Notes: generated by a model not told the origin, from the letters alone. A stretch of 64,000 nucleotides of DNA from an uncultured Methylomirabilota bacterium (GCA_963845565.1 CAWJSJ010000002.1:1504001-1568000); one strand, 5' to 3'; numbered from the stretch's first letter, positions 29,771-40,765 are shown. Numbers and translations: made by a program.

Positions 29771-32700
29771 CTAAGGGTTCGGTGGGCGTACGGCGGAGAG
29801 ATGGTCCCGTTGCGTCGAAGGCGACAGGCCATGCCGTTGCCGCAGCCAGTGGCGAGCGGAGTCCATGTAGATGTAGGCGACCGGGGTGATGTACAGCGTG
29901 AGGAGCTGAGAGACCAGCAGTCCGCCGACCACGGCGAGGCCCAAGGGGCGGCGGGATTCGGCACCCTGCCCGGCACCCAGGGCGATCGGCAGGGTGCCCA
30001 TCAACGCGGCCATGGTGGTCATCATGATGGGGCGAAACCGGAGGAGGCATCCCTCGAATATGGCCTCGGCCGCCGTCTTTCCTCTCGCCTCCGCCTGCAG
30101 GGCGAAGTCGATCATCATGATGGCGTTCTTCTTCACGATGCCCACCAGCATGATGATCCCGACAAAGGCGTAGATGTTCAGGTCGTGGCGGAAGATCAGC
30201 AACGTGAGGAGGGCGCCGACGCCCGCCGCGGGAAGACCCGACAGAATGGTCAAGGGATGGATGAAGCTCTCATAGAGAATTCCCAGGACGATGTAGATGA
30301 CCAGGACCGCCAAGAGGAGCAGGAGTCCCATGCCCTTCAGCGACGACTGGAAGGCCTGAGCGCTTCCCTGGAAGGTGGCGCTGATCGTGGCCGGCAAGGT
30401 GGTCCGTCCGATGCGCTCGACCTGGGTCACCGCCTCGCCCAGCGAGGCGCCTGGCTTGATGTCGAAGGAGATCGTCACCGACGGGAGCTGGCCGAGATGG
30501 TTGACGGTGAGCGGCCCGATTCCCGGCCTCAAGCTGGCCACGGCGTTCAACGGAACCAATTGGCCCTTACTGGAACGAACGTAGAGCAAGGAGAGGGCGT
30601 CCGGGTCCTCCTGGTAGTCGGGATGCAGCTCCAGGATGACCTGATACTGGTTCGTCGGACGTGTAGATCGTCGAAACCTGCCGGCTTCCATAGGCGTTGT
30701 ACAGGGCGTTCTCAACCTGGTTTGCGGTGATTCCGAGGGCAGAGGCCTTGTCCCGGTCGATCTCTACGCTGACCTTCGGGCTGGTGATCTGAAGGTCGCT
30801 GGTGACCTCCTGCAAGACGGGGAGCGCGGCGATCTTCGCCTGGACCTCCCGCGATACCCGGTAGAGCTCTCCGATGTCCGCTCCCTGCAAGGTGTATTGA
30901 TACAGGCTCTTGGTCAGGTGCCCCCCCACCCGAATGAGGGGCGGGTTTGTCAGGAACACGCGCATGCCGGGCACGGTTGCCAGCTTTGGGCGCAACTCCT
31001 GGATAATCTCGTCGGCGGAGAGCTTCCGTTCCGATCGCGGTTTCAGCATGATTCCCATCCGGCCCGTATTCTGCGTGTCGCTGGCCCCGCCGGCGCCGAC
31101 GCTGGACATGAAGGATTCGATATTCGGATCCTGGCGGACGATAGCCGCCACCTCCTGCTGGTGTCGCACCATGCTGTCAAAGGAGATGTCCTGGCTCGCC
31201 TCCGTGAAGGCGATGATTTGCCCGGTGTCCTCGCTCGGGATGAATCCCTTGGGGATCACGTAGAAAAGGACGCCCGTGGCCACGAGGGTGAAGCCCGCGA
31301 CCGCCATGACCGCAGGGCGGTGCGCCAGGCAGCGCTCCAGCGTCCAGCGATAGGTGGACAACATGCCCTGGAAGAACCGCTCGGTCAGCGCGTAGATGCG
31401 GCCGTGGTGCGCCTCGGCCGGCGGCTTCAGGAACCGGCTGCAGAGCATGGGGGTGAGGGTCAGCGACACAAACCCGGAGACGAGGATGGCGGTGCTGACC
31501 GTGACGGCAAACTCGCGGAACAAACGGCCGAGGATTCCGCCCATGAAGAGGACCGGGATGAACACCGCGGCCAGGGACAGGGTCATGGACACAATGGTGA
31601 AGCCGACTTCTCGCGAACCGATGAGGGCCGCCTCGAACGCCGTTTCCCCATCCTCCATGTGCCGCACGATGTTCTCGAGCATCACGATGGCGTCGTCCAC
31701 CACAAAGCCCACCGAGAGCGTGAGGGCCATCAGGGAGAGGTTGTCCAGGCTGTAGCCCATCAGATACATCACCGCGAAGGTCCCTACGACGGACATGGGC
31801 AGGGCCAGGGCTGGGATGACGGTGGCGGAGAGAGTTCGCAGGAAGAGGAAGATCACCATCACGACCAGGGACATGGTGAGGAGCAAGGTGAACTTCACCT
31901 CGCCGATCGAGGCCCGGATGGTTTCAGATCGGTCGTACAAGGTGTTCAAGGACACCGAAGCCGGCAGTTGGGCGCGGAAGGTGGGCAGGAGCGCCCGGAT
32001 GGCGTCCACCACCTCCACCGTGTTCGTTCCCGGCTGGCGCTGGATGGCCAGGACGATGGCCCGCGTGTCGGTGCGCCAGCCGGCGACCTTGTCGTTCTCC
32101 ACGCTGTCGATGACGCGGCCGAGCTCCTCCAGGCGCACGGGAGAGCCGTTGCGGTAGGTGACGATCAGGGGGCGGTAGGCCGCGGCGTCAAAGAGTTGCC
32201 CGCTGGCTTCCAGGGAGACCGTCTGGTGGGGCCCATCGAGATTCCCGGTGGGCAAGTTGACGTTCCCCTGTGCGATGGCGCTCTCGACTTCGTCGATCCC
32301 GATCCCGCGCGAGGCGAGGGCCGACGGATCCACCTGGACCCGCACCGCGTACTTCTGGGTTCCGAAAACCTGCACCTGCGAGACGCCGCTCACCATCGAG
32401 ATGCGTTGCCCCAGGAGGGTCTGGGCGTACTCATCCACGGCAGAGAGCGGCAGGGTCGGTGAGCTCAGGGCTAGGAAGAGAACCGGGGAGTCCGCGGGGT
32501 TGACCTTCCGCATGGTGGGTGGGCTGGGCATGTTCGCCGGCAATTGGCGGAGGGCTGCGGCAATAGCCGACTGGACGTCCTGGGCGGCGGCGTCGATGTT
32601 CCGCTCCAACGCGAACTGCAGCGTGATCCGCACGGCCCCCTGCACGCTGCTGGAGGTCATGTTGTCGATGCCCGCGATGGTGGAGAACTGTTTCTCCAGG

Positions 32701-32897
32701 GGGGTGGCTACGGACGAGGCCATTGTCTCCGGGCTGCCTCCGGGGAGCCTGGCGGTCACCTGGATCGTCGGGAAGTCCACGTTCGGCAAGTCGCTCACGG
32801 GCAAGAGACGATAGCCCATGATGCCGAAAATCAGGATGCCCGCCATGACCAGAGTCGTCATGACCGGCCGGCGGATGAAGAGCTCGGGAATGTTCAT
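29771..32897 (-). CDS. RND efflux transporter permease (MdtB/MdtC-like), frameshift near 30659
   Basis: Motifs FIRRPVMTTL, LPNVDFPTIQV, GFVVDDAIVMLENI, GIVKKNAIMMIDFA and RFRPIMMTT; two ORFs join at IYT|PTNQY. Confidence 0.92.
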
Positions 32898-34267
32898 TGG
32901 ACCTGCCCTGACGCAGCGGTGGCCGCATTCTTGACCTGCACACGGGTACCGGACACGAGCCGGAGTTGGCCATCGGTCACGACCTTATCCCCGGGTGCCA
33001 CGCCCTTCTCGATCACGGTCTCGGCGCCGATTTTTCGCCCCGCCGTGACGGGTCGCGACTCCACCGTGGAATCGGGCCGCACCACGTACACATACTGGCC
33101 CTGCTGGCCGGTTTGAATGGCCTGGGAGGGGATGACGACCGCATCCGGCTGGGTGGTGAGTGTCAGCACCACGTTGACGAATTGTCCCGGCCAGAGGGTG
33201 CCCTCCCGATTCGGGAACGTCGCCTTGAGCTGGATCATCCCGGTGCCGGGGTCCACCGTGTTATTGACGAAACTGAGCTCTCCCGTTGCGGGTGACTCAT
33301 CCTGGCCCCGGGGGGACGCCTGGACCCGGAGAGTGCCGGCCGCCAAGAACTTCTTGATGTCCCGCAGATACTGTTCGGGAACAGAGAAGCTAGCGTAGAT
33401 CGGCTGGATCTGGTTCAAGACCAGCATCTGCGCGGAATCGTCCCGAGCTTTGACGGCACTCCCCACCCGCACTAGGAGGTTCCCCGTGCGTGCGTCCATG
33501 GGGGCGCGGATGGTCGTGTAACTGAGCTGGACCCGCGCGTTTTCCACCATGGCCTGATCGGCCTTGATGACCGCCTTGATGTTCTCGACTGTCGCCTGTG
33601 CCGCCCGGATCGAGGCCCGGGTGTTTGTCACCGCGGCCTTGTCCGCCTCGATCGTTGCCTCCAGAGCGGCGGCATTGGTGCGCACCTGATCGTAGAGTTC
33701 CTTCGAGATGGCCCCCTCGTCCATCAGCCCCTTGTAGCGGCGGGCCTGCGACGCGGCGTTCTCCAGCTGTGCCGTGTCGCGCGCCAAGTTCGCCTCGGCC
33801 TGCTTCTCCGCTGCCATGGTCTGGGCGACCACGGCTTCGGTTTGCGCGAGCTGTGCCGTGTCACGCGCCAAGTTCGCCTCGGCCTGCCGGAGCGTCGCCT
33901 CAAGCGGGCGCTGGTCCAGCGTGAGGAGCAGGTCGCCCTTCTTGACCTCCTGCCCCTCGGAAAAATGGATGCGGGCAACCTCTCCGTCCAGTTGGCTCTT
34001 GAGCGTCACGCTGGCATACGCCTGCACCGTCCCGATGGCCCGGATCTGGACCGGGACCGACTTGCTGACCGCCGTGTCGATGGTCACCGGGACACCATCC
34101 CGCCCCGCGGCGCCCTTGGCCTGAGCCTGTCCGGACTTCTCGTTGGAGCAGGCCCAGAGACTGGCGGCAGCCACGAGCAGTAAGGCCCCGGACATGACCC
34201 GGTGCCTTCGTATGGGAGCGGGCCGGCGATCGGCGACACTTTCGCGGCAGCAGTTCCACATTTCCAT
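32894..34267 (-). CDS. RND efflux periplasmic adaptor (membrane fusion protein) with an extended coiled coil
   Basis: Motifs GTVQAYASV..SQLDGE, EGQEVKKGD, duplicated QAEANLARDTAQL and LWPGQFV. Start uncertain. Confidence 0.88.
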   Translation of the reverse strand: MEMWNCCRESVADRRPAPIRRHRVMSGALLLVAAASLWACSNEKSGQAQAKGAAGRDGVPVTIDTAVSKSVPVQIRAIGTVQAYASVTLKSQLDGEVARIHFSEGQEVKKGDLLLTLDQRPLEATLRQAEANLARDTAQLAQTEAVVAQTMAAEKQAEANLARDTAQLENAASQARRYKGLMDEGAISKELYDQVRTNAAALEATIEADKAAVTNTRASIRAAQATVENIKAVIKADQAMVENARVQLSYTTIRAPMDARTGNLLVRVGSAVKARDDSAQMLVLNQIQPIYASFSVPEQYLRDIKKFLAAGTLRVQASPRGQDESPATGELSFVNNTVDPGTGMIQLKATFPNREGTLWPGQFVNVVLTLTTQPDAVVIPSQAIQTGQQGQYVYVVRPDSTVESRPVTAGRKIGAETVIEKGVAPGDKVVTDGQLRLVSGTRVQVKNAATAASGQVQ

Positions 34268-34326
34268 TCACGTTCTCCCTGGCGACGTACAACTCTTGCA
34301 GGTTCCCGTGGACGCGATCCGGCCCC

Positions 34327-34839
34327 TCACGGAGTCCCGTTGCCGTTTCCCGCCCCCCTGAACGTCTTATCCAGCAAACTCATTCCTTCCGTGATGCGGT
34401 GGAGCGTGGTTGGAGACTGTCCAGCCAGGAGGGTTGCCATCCACGCTTGAGCGGATCGGCGCGCCTTCCGGAAATGTCGAGCGCCCAGGGGTGTGAGGGC
34501 GAGGACAACCCGCCGGCGTTCCTGAGGATCCGCGACCCGAGTCAGCATGCCCCGTCGGACCAAGCGCTGCACCAGATTGGATGCGGTGGGGCGCGAGACG
34601 CCAAGGTGCTCCGCCAGATGGGACAGGCAGGCCCCCGGCCTGCGATGCAGAAATGCGAGCGTTCGAAGCTGAGGGATAGAGAAATGCGAGGCTCCCTTCC
34701 GACGCACCTCCTCGCGGATGGCGCGCATGACCGGAGGGACGGTCTCCATGATCGCTTGGGCGCACCGGTCGGCGAGGGTTGCCGGAGTTGTCGCGACCTT
34801 TGCCCTTGCGCTTCGACGTCCAGGATCAGGAGCGGCCAT
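34327..34839 (-). CDS. MarR family transcriptional regulator
   Basis: Motifs SIPQLRTL, LAEHLGVSRPTAS..V.RLV and DPQERR.V.L.LT..G. Confidence 0.9.
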   Translation of the reverse strand: MAAPDPGRRSARAKVATTPATLADRCAQAIMETVPPVMRAIREEVRRKGASHFSIPQLRTLAFLHRRPGACLSHLAEHLGVSRPTASNLVQRLVRRGMLTRVADPQERRRVVLALTPLGARHFRKARRSAQAWMATLLAGQSPTTLHRITEGMSLLDKTFRGAGNGNGTP

Positions 34840-34859
34840 TTCGACCCCAAGGGTGGCTA

Positions 34860-34904
34860 ATAGTATGTATGGCTAACTATAATTGCCGCATACCACGAAG
34901 TCAA
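34860..34904 (-). promoter_or_regulatory. Sigma70-type promoter of the marR-efflux operon with an overlapping palindrome (putative MarR operator)
   Basis: Minus strand TTGACT-17 bp-TATAGT; ATAGT-N11-ACTAT at 34860-34880 overlaps the -10 box. Confidence 0.65.
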
Positions 34905-35137
34905 CGACCGCGTCCGACTTGTGCATGGCGTGATTCCTGAAGCGCCGTTGGGCTTCGGGCTTGACACGAGCCGCGTCAGTGGGTCAGGCTAGGCCATTCG
35001 GAAACGCGATGCCTGTCGCCTCTTGTCGGAGCGGATCGCCGCCTACGGTGGAGGGCCAGGTTCACCGGCAGATCGAAACCGAAGAACACTAAGCCGTTGT
35101 CAAAGAATGAGTTGAGCGGAGACATTCCGAAACGGCA

Positions 35138-35194
35138 TAAGGAGCCGTAACGAAATAGAAAGAGATGTAGAGGTTATTTCGTAACGGCTCCTAA
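35138..35194. mobile_element. 51-bp miniature inverted-repeat element flanked by TAA direct repeats
   Basis: TAA-GGAGCCGTAACGAAATA-N17-TATTTCGTAACGGCTCC-TAA (16/17 inverted-repeat match). Confidence 0.5.
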
Positions 35195-35200
35195 GGAGAG

Positions 35201-36289
35201 ATGTCCATGTCCATTGCACCATTCGGAAACGACCCGGCCAAGATCGAGCGCTACCAGGCGTTCTGGGGCCTCGCGGACGCGACCCGGCCGCTGGTGGGCT
35301 TCACGACGCGGGGCTGGTTTCCGCTGGAGGAGTATGCCGCCACCCGCGCCTGGCCCGTCAACAGCTACCTGACCCCCGAGATGGTCGTGCCGGAGGCGTT
35401 TCTGGAGGACGAGGAGCGGCTGCTCAAGGAGGGAGAGGTCCTCGACGACGACATCATCCGTGGGGACATGCCTGCCGCCGCAGCCATCCCCTGGCTCTCG
35501 GGGATGCTGGGCAGCCGGCTGCGGATCCTGCCGGGGAACGTCCTGGGCGAGGACCGATCGGCGAGCTGGGACGAGATGGAAGCGCTCCGGCTCGACCGGG
35601 CGCACCCGTGGTTCCGGAAGTACCTCGAGTTCGCCGAGGCGCTGGTGCGCCATTCCCGCGGCAGATACCCGGTGAGCCACGGCGCCCTGGTCGGGCCCTG
35701 CGACATCCTGGGGGAACTCCGCGGCCACACCCAGAGCATCCTGGATATCATGGAGGAGCCCGAGCGGACCATGCAGGCGCTCTGGCGTGCCACCCACGTA
35801 TTCGACGAGGTGACGACCGAGATCTGGAAGTGGCTTCCCCGGTGGCACGGGGGGTATTTCGACGGCATGTATCAGCTCTGGGCGCCCGGACCGATCATCC
35901 GGATGCAGGAAGACGCGTCGGGCCTCTATTCGCCCGCGCTCTACCGGAAGTTCCTGCAGCCCCTCGATCGCTATCTGGCAAGCCGCTACGCCAACAGCTT
36001 CATCCACCTGCACTCGACCTCCATGTTCATCCTGGACGCCTTCCTGGAGATCGAGGAACTCCGGTGCTTCGAGATCAACAACGATGCCATCGGGCCGCCC
36101 CTCACCGAGATGCTGCCCTACTTCCAGATGGTCCAGAAGGCGAAGCGCTCGTTGCTGATTCGCGGCACACTCACGCCGGACGATGCCAGACTGCTGCGTG
36201 ACCACCTGGACCCGCGAGGACTGTATCTCCTGGTCGTGGTGAAAGACCAGCCCGAGGCGGATAGCCTGAGACCCCTACTTGGGGTGTAG
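35201..36289 (+). CDS. URO-D/CIMS-like TIM-barrel hypothetical protein
   Basis: Motifs GPCDILGELRG, QEDASGLYSP..YRKFLQP and FIHLHS; resembles divergent uroporphyrinogen decarboxylase/methyltransferase-like proteins. Confidence 0.6.
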   Translation: MSMSIAPFGNDPAKIERYQAFWGLADATRPLVGFTTRGWFPLEEYAATRAWPVNSYLTPEMVVPEAFLEDEERLLKEGEVLDDDIIRGDMPAAAAIPWLSGMLGSRLRILPGNVLGEDRSASWDEMEALRLDRAHPWFRKYLEFAEALVRHSRGRYPVSHGALVGPCDILGELRGHTQSILDIMEEPERTMQALWRATHVFDEVTTEIWKWLPRWHGGYFDGMYQLWAPGPIIRMQEDASGLYSPALYRKFLQPLDRYLASRYANSFIHLHSTSMFILDAFLEIEELRCFEINNDAIGPPLTEMLPYFQMVQKAKRSLLIRGTLTPDDARLLRDHLDPRGLYLLVVVKDQPEADSLRPLLGV

Positions 36290-36492
36290 TCTCGCGAAGA
36301 CGACGCGCGGATGATCGTCCTTCGGAAACGTTGGCGACGACAGGTCGCGCTTGACAAGAGCCTGAGAAGTGAGCGATGTTGCCGACAGGAGGGGTGAGCC
36401 GGCCTCGCACCAACGGTGGGCGCTGCACCGGTCTTGGACCGGGATCCAGGTCGGCAAATCCCGGGTGCCGCTTTCCCGGGGAGGAGAAGTTC

Positions 36493-37237
36493 ATGATTCG
36501 ACCGGCAATGCGTACGACGCTCTACAAAGAGATCATCGGCCAGATTCTGGACATGATCAAGCAAGGGGAGTGGAAGCAGGGCGGTCGGATCCCCGGCGAG
36601 ATTGAGCTCGCTAAAAAGTTCGAAGTAAGCCGGAACTGCGTCCGCGAAGCCCTGAAAGCTCTCGGCCACGCGGCGGTGCTGGAATCGAAGCCCGGACTGG
36701 GCACCTTTCTCGCGAAGGATGCTTTGCGCAGCATCCAGCACCATGGAGATGGGGCAGTTTCTGCGCGACGACACGTCGCTCGCGGAGCTGCTGGAGGCGC
36801 GGCTGATCATCGAGCCGCAACTGGTGCAGATCGCGGCGGAGCGCGCCACCGAGGGGGATATCGCACAACTGGAGGCGGCGGTCAAACGGGCCGTGCGAGC
36901 CGTCAAGACGAACACGTACTCGGTACAGATCGGACTCGAATTCCATATGCTGGTGGCGCAGATCGCCGGGAATCGGGTCATCCTGCGCCTGTTCAATTCC
37001 ATTGCCGACGAGTTGCGGGTCCAGCGCGGGGTCCTGATCCTCAGTCACATGAACAAGGAAGACCTTCTGCGGGAGCTGCGAGAGCACGGCGAGATTCTGG
37101 CCTGCATCAAGCAGCGCGATGGCGTGCGCGCGGGAGAATTGCTGACGGCGCATCTCCGGACCGCCACGCGAATCCTCACGGAAGCGCGTGCCGGGAAGGC
37201 GCCCTCGCAGGAGGCACGCCCGGCCGAACACGCTTGA
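36493..37237 (+). CDS. GntR/FadR family transcriptional regulator, frameshift near 36738
   Basis: wHTH IPGEIELAKKFEVSRNCVREAL..KPGLGTF, then an FCD domain LLEARLIIEP..FH..GN..EH..I. Confidence 0.88.
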
Positions 37238-37240
37238 AAA

Positions 37241-37300
37241 TTGTTGTTGACTTATTTTACCGCATAATGTAGGACAGTAGTACCACACTACAGTAAGACA
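37241..37300 (+). promoter_or_regulatory. AT-rich promoter with putative FadR-type operator boxes
   Basis: TTGTTG/TTGACT and CATAAT; boxes TGTAGGACA (37268), AGTACCACA (37279) and AGTAAGACA (37292). Confidence 0.5.
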
Positions 37301-37960
37301 TATAAGAAGTGTCCGGGCGGAAGGACAACGGTCGTGCGGGAAGTCGAGGCGTCTGGCGTCGCAGAAGGATGTACGCCATGGGATCGGTTTCGGCCGGAAC
37401 CATCGTCCTGACTGTCGGCAGTGTGGCGACTCGGCCGCGGCCGACGAATCTCGCCACGGGCCCCCGGGCGAGACCGACCGTGGGGGCCACGCAACGGCCG
37501 TCCGCCTGGGAAACCGGGTGTGCCCGCCGTTCCGTGCGTCTTCCTTCCCTTGCTGCCGCAGTGGAGATCCATCGCCGATCCTTCAGCCGCCACGCAGTTC
37601 TCCAGGGCGGATGGCCGCCCGACGCGTTCCACCTCGTCTGCCCGCATCGGGGTGCGTACCGTCAACAGTCTCCCCTCGTCATCTCCGCCACAGATCACAT
37701 TTGCGACGCACGGCCCGCCCCACTCTTTTGTCCCGGTGCTGGCTATCAATCCCGCCCCGCCCGCCGTCAGGGCGTGCTTCAGGCTGGAACAGGTCGCCAC
37801 TGCAGGCGGAGCAGGCGAGTCGCCGCCATGCGACACGCGTGTGGAAGCAGCGGGGGGTTGACCTGGAGGCCACCCGGATCGCCGGGTGGAAGTCCCCCTC
37901 CGCCGACATCGGTTTGCCGCCGGCGCCCAATGACCGCTGTGGGATGAGAAGGAGAACAGG

Positions 37961-38434
37961 ATGGAACGACTATTTCGATGGGTCCTGACAGTTTTGATGA
38001 TCATCGTCGCCGGCATGGAGTTCATCCAGGTCGCGACGCGCTACGTCCTCCAGATGCCAATGATGGGTCTCGAAGAGATCCTGGTGTACTTTGCCCTGTG
38101 GCTCTATGTCCTCGGGAGCGTCAACGCCTCGCGGGAGGACACCCAGATCACAGCGAACGTGCTGGACGTGTTCCTGAAGACGGAACGCTCGAAACTGATG
38201 ATTCGGGTCACGGCCGACATCATGGGCCTCGTGGTGGCACTGTGGCTGACCTGGTGGGCCTGGGACTACTTCCTCTATTCGTGGAAGGTGTGGAAGTTCA
38301 GCCCGACGCGCTACATACCCACCTTCTATGCCGAATGCTCGCTGTTCATCGGCCTCGCGCTCATGACGATCTACGGGTCGGTCCATTTCGTGCGAAACGT
38401 CAAGCGGCTGCTCGCCTCTCCCGTCGAGGCGTAG
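37961..38434 (+). CDS. dctQ: TRAP transporter small permease
   Basis: Four TM segments, QVATRYV, EEI; located upstream of dctM and dctP. Confidence 0.88.
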   Translation: MERLFRWVLTVLMIIVAGMEFIQVATRYVLQMPMMGLEEILVYFALWLYVLGSVNASREDTQITANVLDVFLKTERSKLMIRVTADIMGLVVALWLTWWAWDYFLYSWKVWKFSPTRYIPTFYAECSLFIGLALMTIYGSVHFVRNVKRLLASPVEA

Positions 38435-38444
38435 GGGGTCTGCC

Positions 38445-39743
38445 ATGGAATTCGCGGCCTTCATTTCCCTGATCGTCCTGTGTGTGATGCTGACGTTCGG
38501 CACCCCGCTGCCGTATTGCTTCGGCGGCGGCTTGATGGTCATGGTGCTCCTGGGCGGGGCCGCCATGAAAGGCACGATGCTGTTCGGGTTCACGCAGCTA
38601 TCAAACCCGGTGCTGCTCTGCATCCCGCTGTTCGTCTTTGCGGGGTCACTCATGAGCGAGAGCGGCATCGCCGGCGCGCTGCTCCGCTTCGTCAACGTGT
38701 TCGTCGGGCGGATCCGGGGTGGGCTTGGCGTCGTGGCAACCGTGAGCTGCGCGATCATCGGTGCCATCTCCGGCAGCGGGCTCACCGGCATTGCGGCTAC
38801 CGGCCCGATCCTCATCCCCGAGATGGCGGCCAAGGGCTACCCCCGGGGTTACGCCGCGGCGCTGGTGGCCAATTCCTCCATCCTCGGCCTTCTCATTCCC
38901 CCCAGCGTGACCATGATCGTCTACGGCTGGGTGACCGACACCTCCATCCTGGCATGTTTCCTCTCCACCCTGGGCCCGGGCCTGCTCATCACCCTCACGT
39001 TCTCCGTCACGAATCTCGTCATGTGCCGAAAGTTCCCACTGGTTCTCGATCCTCCTCAATCGTTCAGAGAGACGGTGCGCGAAGGCATCTCCGCGACGTA
39101 CGTCGCCATACCGGCGTTGATCTTCCCGGTGATCATCCTCGGCGGAATCTATGGCGGTATCATGACGCCTACGGAAGCGGCCGCCGTGGCGGCGTTGTAC
39201 TCGCTCCCCATCGGCTTCTTAATCTACAAGGGGCTGACGGTGGAGAGCTTCGTGAAGGCCGCCAAGGAGTCGGCGACGGCGGTCGGCTCTATCATGATCA
39301 TGATCGTGTTCAGCTTGATGCTGAGCCAGCTCTACACCATGGAGGATATTCCGCAGGCGATCGTGGAGCTGATCTTTCAGGTCACCAGAAACAAGGTGCT
39401 GCTGCTCATCCTGGTCAATATCCTCCTGTTCTTCGTCGGGATGATCGTCAACGACGTGACCTCCATCATCTTGACTGCCCCACTGCTGCTGCCTCTGATG
39501 CAGGCCATCGGCGTGGGGCCCATTCACTTCGCGGCCATCATCGGGGTGAACACGGCGATGGGCGGCGTCACGCCCCCCTATGCCAGCATCCTCTACCTGG
39601 GCATGCGCGTCGGGAAGGTGCAATTCTCCGAGATCGTCACGCCGGCGATGATCCTGATCCTCGTCGCGTATGTCCCGGTGGTGTTCCTCACGGCGTTTTG
39701 GCCGGATCTGGCGCTCTTCTTCCCCAGGCTGTTCGGCTATTAA
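38445..39743 (+). CDS. dctM: TRAP transporter large permease
   Basis: Motifs IPLFVFAGSLM, GAISGS, LIPPS, TPTEAAAV and TPPY. Confidence 0.92.
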   Translation: MEFAAFISLIVLCVMLTFGTPLPYCFGGGLMVMVLLGGAAMKGTMLFGFTQLSNPVLLCIPLFVFAGSLMSESGIAGALLRFVNVFVGRIRGGLGVVATVSCAIIGAISGSGLTGIAATGPILIPEMAAKGYPRGYAAALVANSSILGLLIPPSVTMIVYGWVTDTSILACFLSTLGPGLLITLTFSVTNLVMCRKFPLVLDPPQSFRETVREGISATYVAIPALIFPVIILGGIYGGIMTPTEAAAVAALYSLPIGFLIYKGLTVESFVKAAKESATAVGSIMIMIVFSLMLSQLYTMEDIPQAIVELIFQVTRNKVLLLILVNILLFFVGMIVNDVTSIILTAPLLLPLMQAIGVGPIHFAAIIGVNTAMGGVTPPYASILYLGMRVGKVQFSEIVTPAMILILVAYVPVVFLTAFWPDLALFFPRLFGY

Positions 39744-39766
39744 CCCTCACGTAAAGGAGTGTCGTC

Positions 39767-40765
39767 ATGAAGAAATGGGTGTGGGTTGCGGGAATCGCGC
39801 TCCTGGCGGCCGTGGTGGTCGTTTCCGGCAGCGCACAGGCGGGAACGTGGAAGCTGTCGCACGTCCGCCCGCAGGATACGGCGATCGACAAGGAGCTCAA
39901 CTGGTTTGCCAACGCGGCGAAAGAGGCTACCGCAGGGAAGATTCAGATGAAGACCTACCCGGCCAACGCGCTGGGCGACTACACCCTGGTGCAGGAGCGT
40001 GTCGGCATGGGCTCCATCGACATGGCCTGCCAGCCCCCGACCTCCAACGCCGACAAGCGCTTCCAGCTTGCGTATTTCCCCTACCTGGTGGCGAGCTGGG
40101 ACCAGGCCAAGAAGAATTACGCGAAGGGTACGCCCCTGCGCGGGACCGCCGAGGAGCTGTACGCAAAGCAAGGCATCCGGGTGCTGGCTGCGTGGCCGGT
40201 CTATTTCGGCGGCATCGCCTTGAACAAGGAGGCCAAGTCCCCCGGCGATCCCAACGTTGCCAAGGGGCTCAAGGTGCGCGTTCCCCCGATGAAGGCGTTC
40301 CAGCTCCTCGCGGACAGCACGGGGTACCTGGGCACGCCGCTGCCGTTCTCCGAGGCCTTCACCGCCGTCCAGACCGGCGTGGTCGACGGGGTCATCGGGT
40401 CCGGCGCCGAGGGCTACTACAGCTCCTTCCGCGATGTCACCAAGTACTACATCCCGATCAATACCCATTTCGAAGTGTGGTATCTGCTCATCAACGAGGA
40501 TCTTTACAAGAAGTTGGACGCGACCCAGAAGAAGGCGTTGGACGACGTCGCCCTCCGCTTCGAGCAGCGCCGCTGGGAGGCCGGCCCGGCCGACCAGACC
40601 GCCAACGAAAAGAAACTGGCGGACGCCGGGGCCAAGATCGTGGCCGTCTCCCCGCAGGAAATCGCCAACACCGCCAAGAAGGCCCGCGCCGCCGTCTGGC
40701 CCGTGATTCTGGAGGACGTCGGCAAGGAGTGGGGGGAGAAGGTTCTCAAGGCGATCGTGCAGTAA
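39767..40765 (+). CDS. dctP: TRAP transporter substrate-binding protein
   Basis: Signal peptide, YPANALGD, GLKVRVPP (conserved Arg) and FSEAFTAVQTGVVDG. Confidence 0.92.
   Translation: MKKWVWVAGIALLAAVVVVSGSAQAGTWKLSHVRPQDTAIDKELNWFANAAKEATAGKIQMKTYPANALGDYTLVQERVGMGSIDMACQPPTSNADKRFQLAYFPYLVASWDQAKKNYAKGTPLRGTAEELYAKQGIRVLAAWPVYFGGIALNKEAKSPGDPNVAKGLKVRVPPMKAFQLLADSTGYLGTPLPFSEAFTAVQTGVVDGVIGSGAEGYYSSFRDVTKYYIPINTHFEVWYLLINEDLYKKLDATQKKALDDVALRFEQRRWEAGPADQTANEKKLADAGAKIVAVSPQEIANTAKKARAAVWPVILEDVGKEWGEKVLKAIVQ

Noticed and set aside
14855..36745. Programmed ribosomal frameshifting
   Set aside because: No consistent slippery sequences, and the breaks fall in unrelated gene families not known for recoding.
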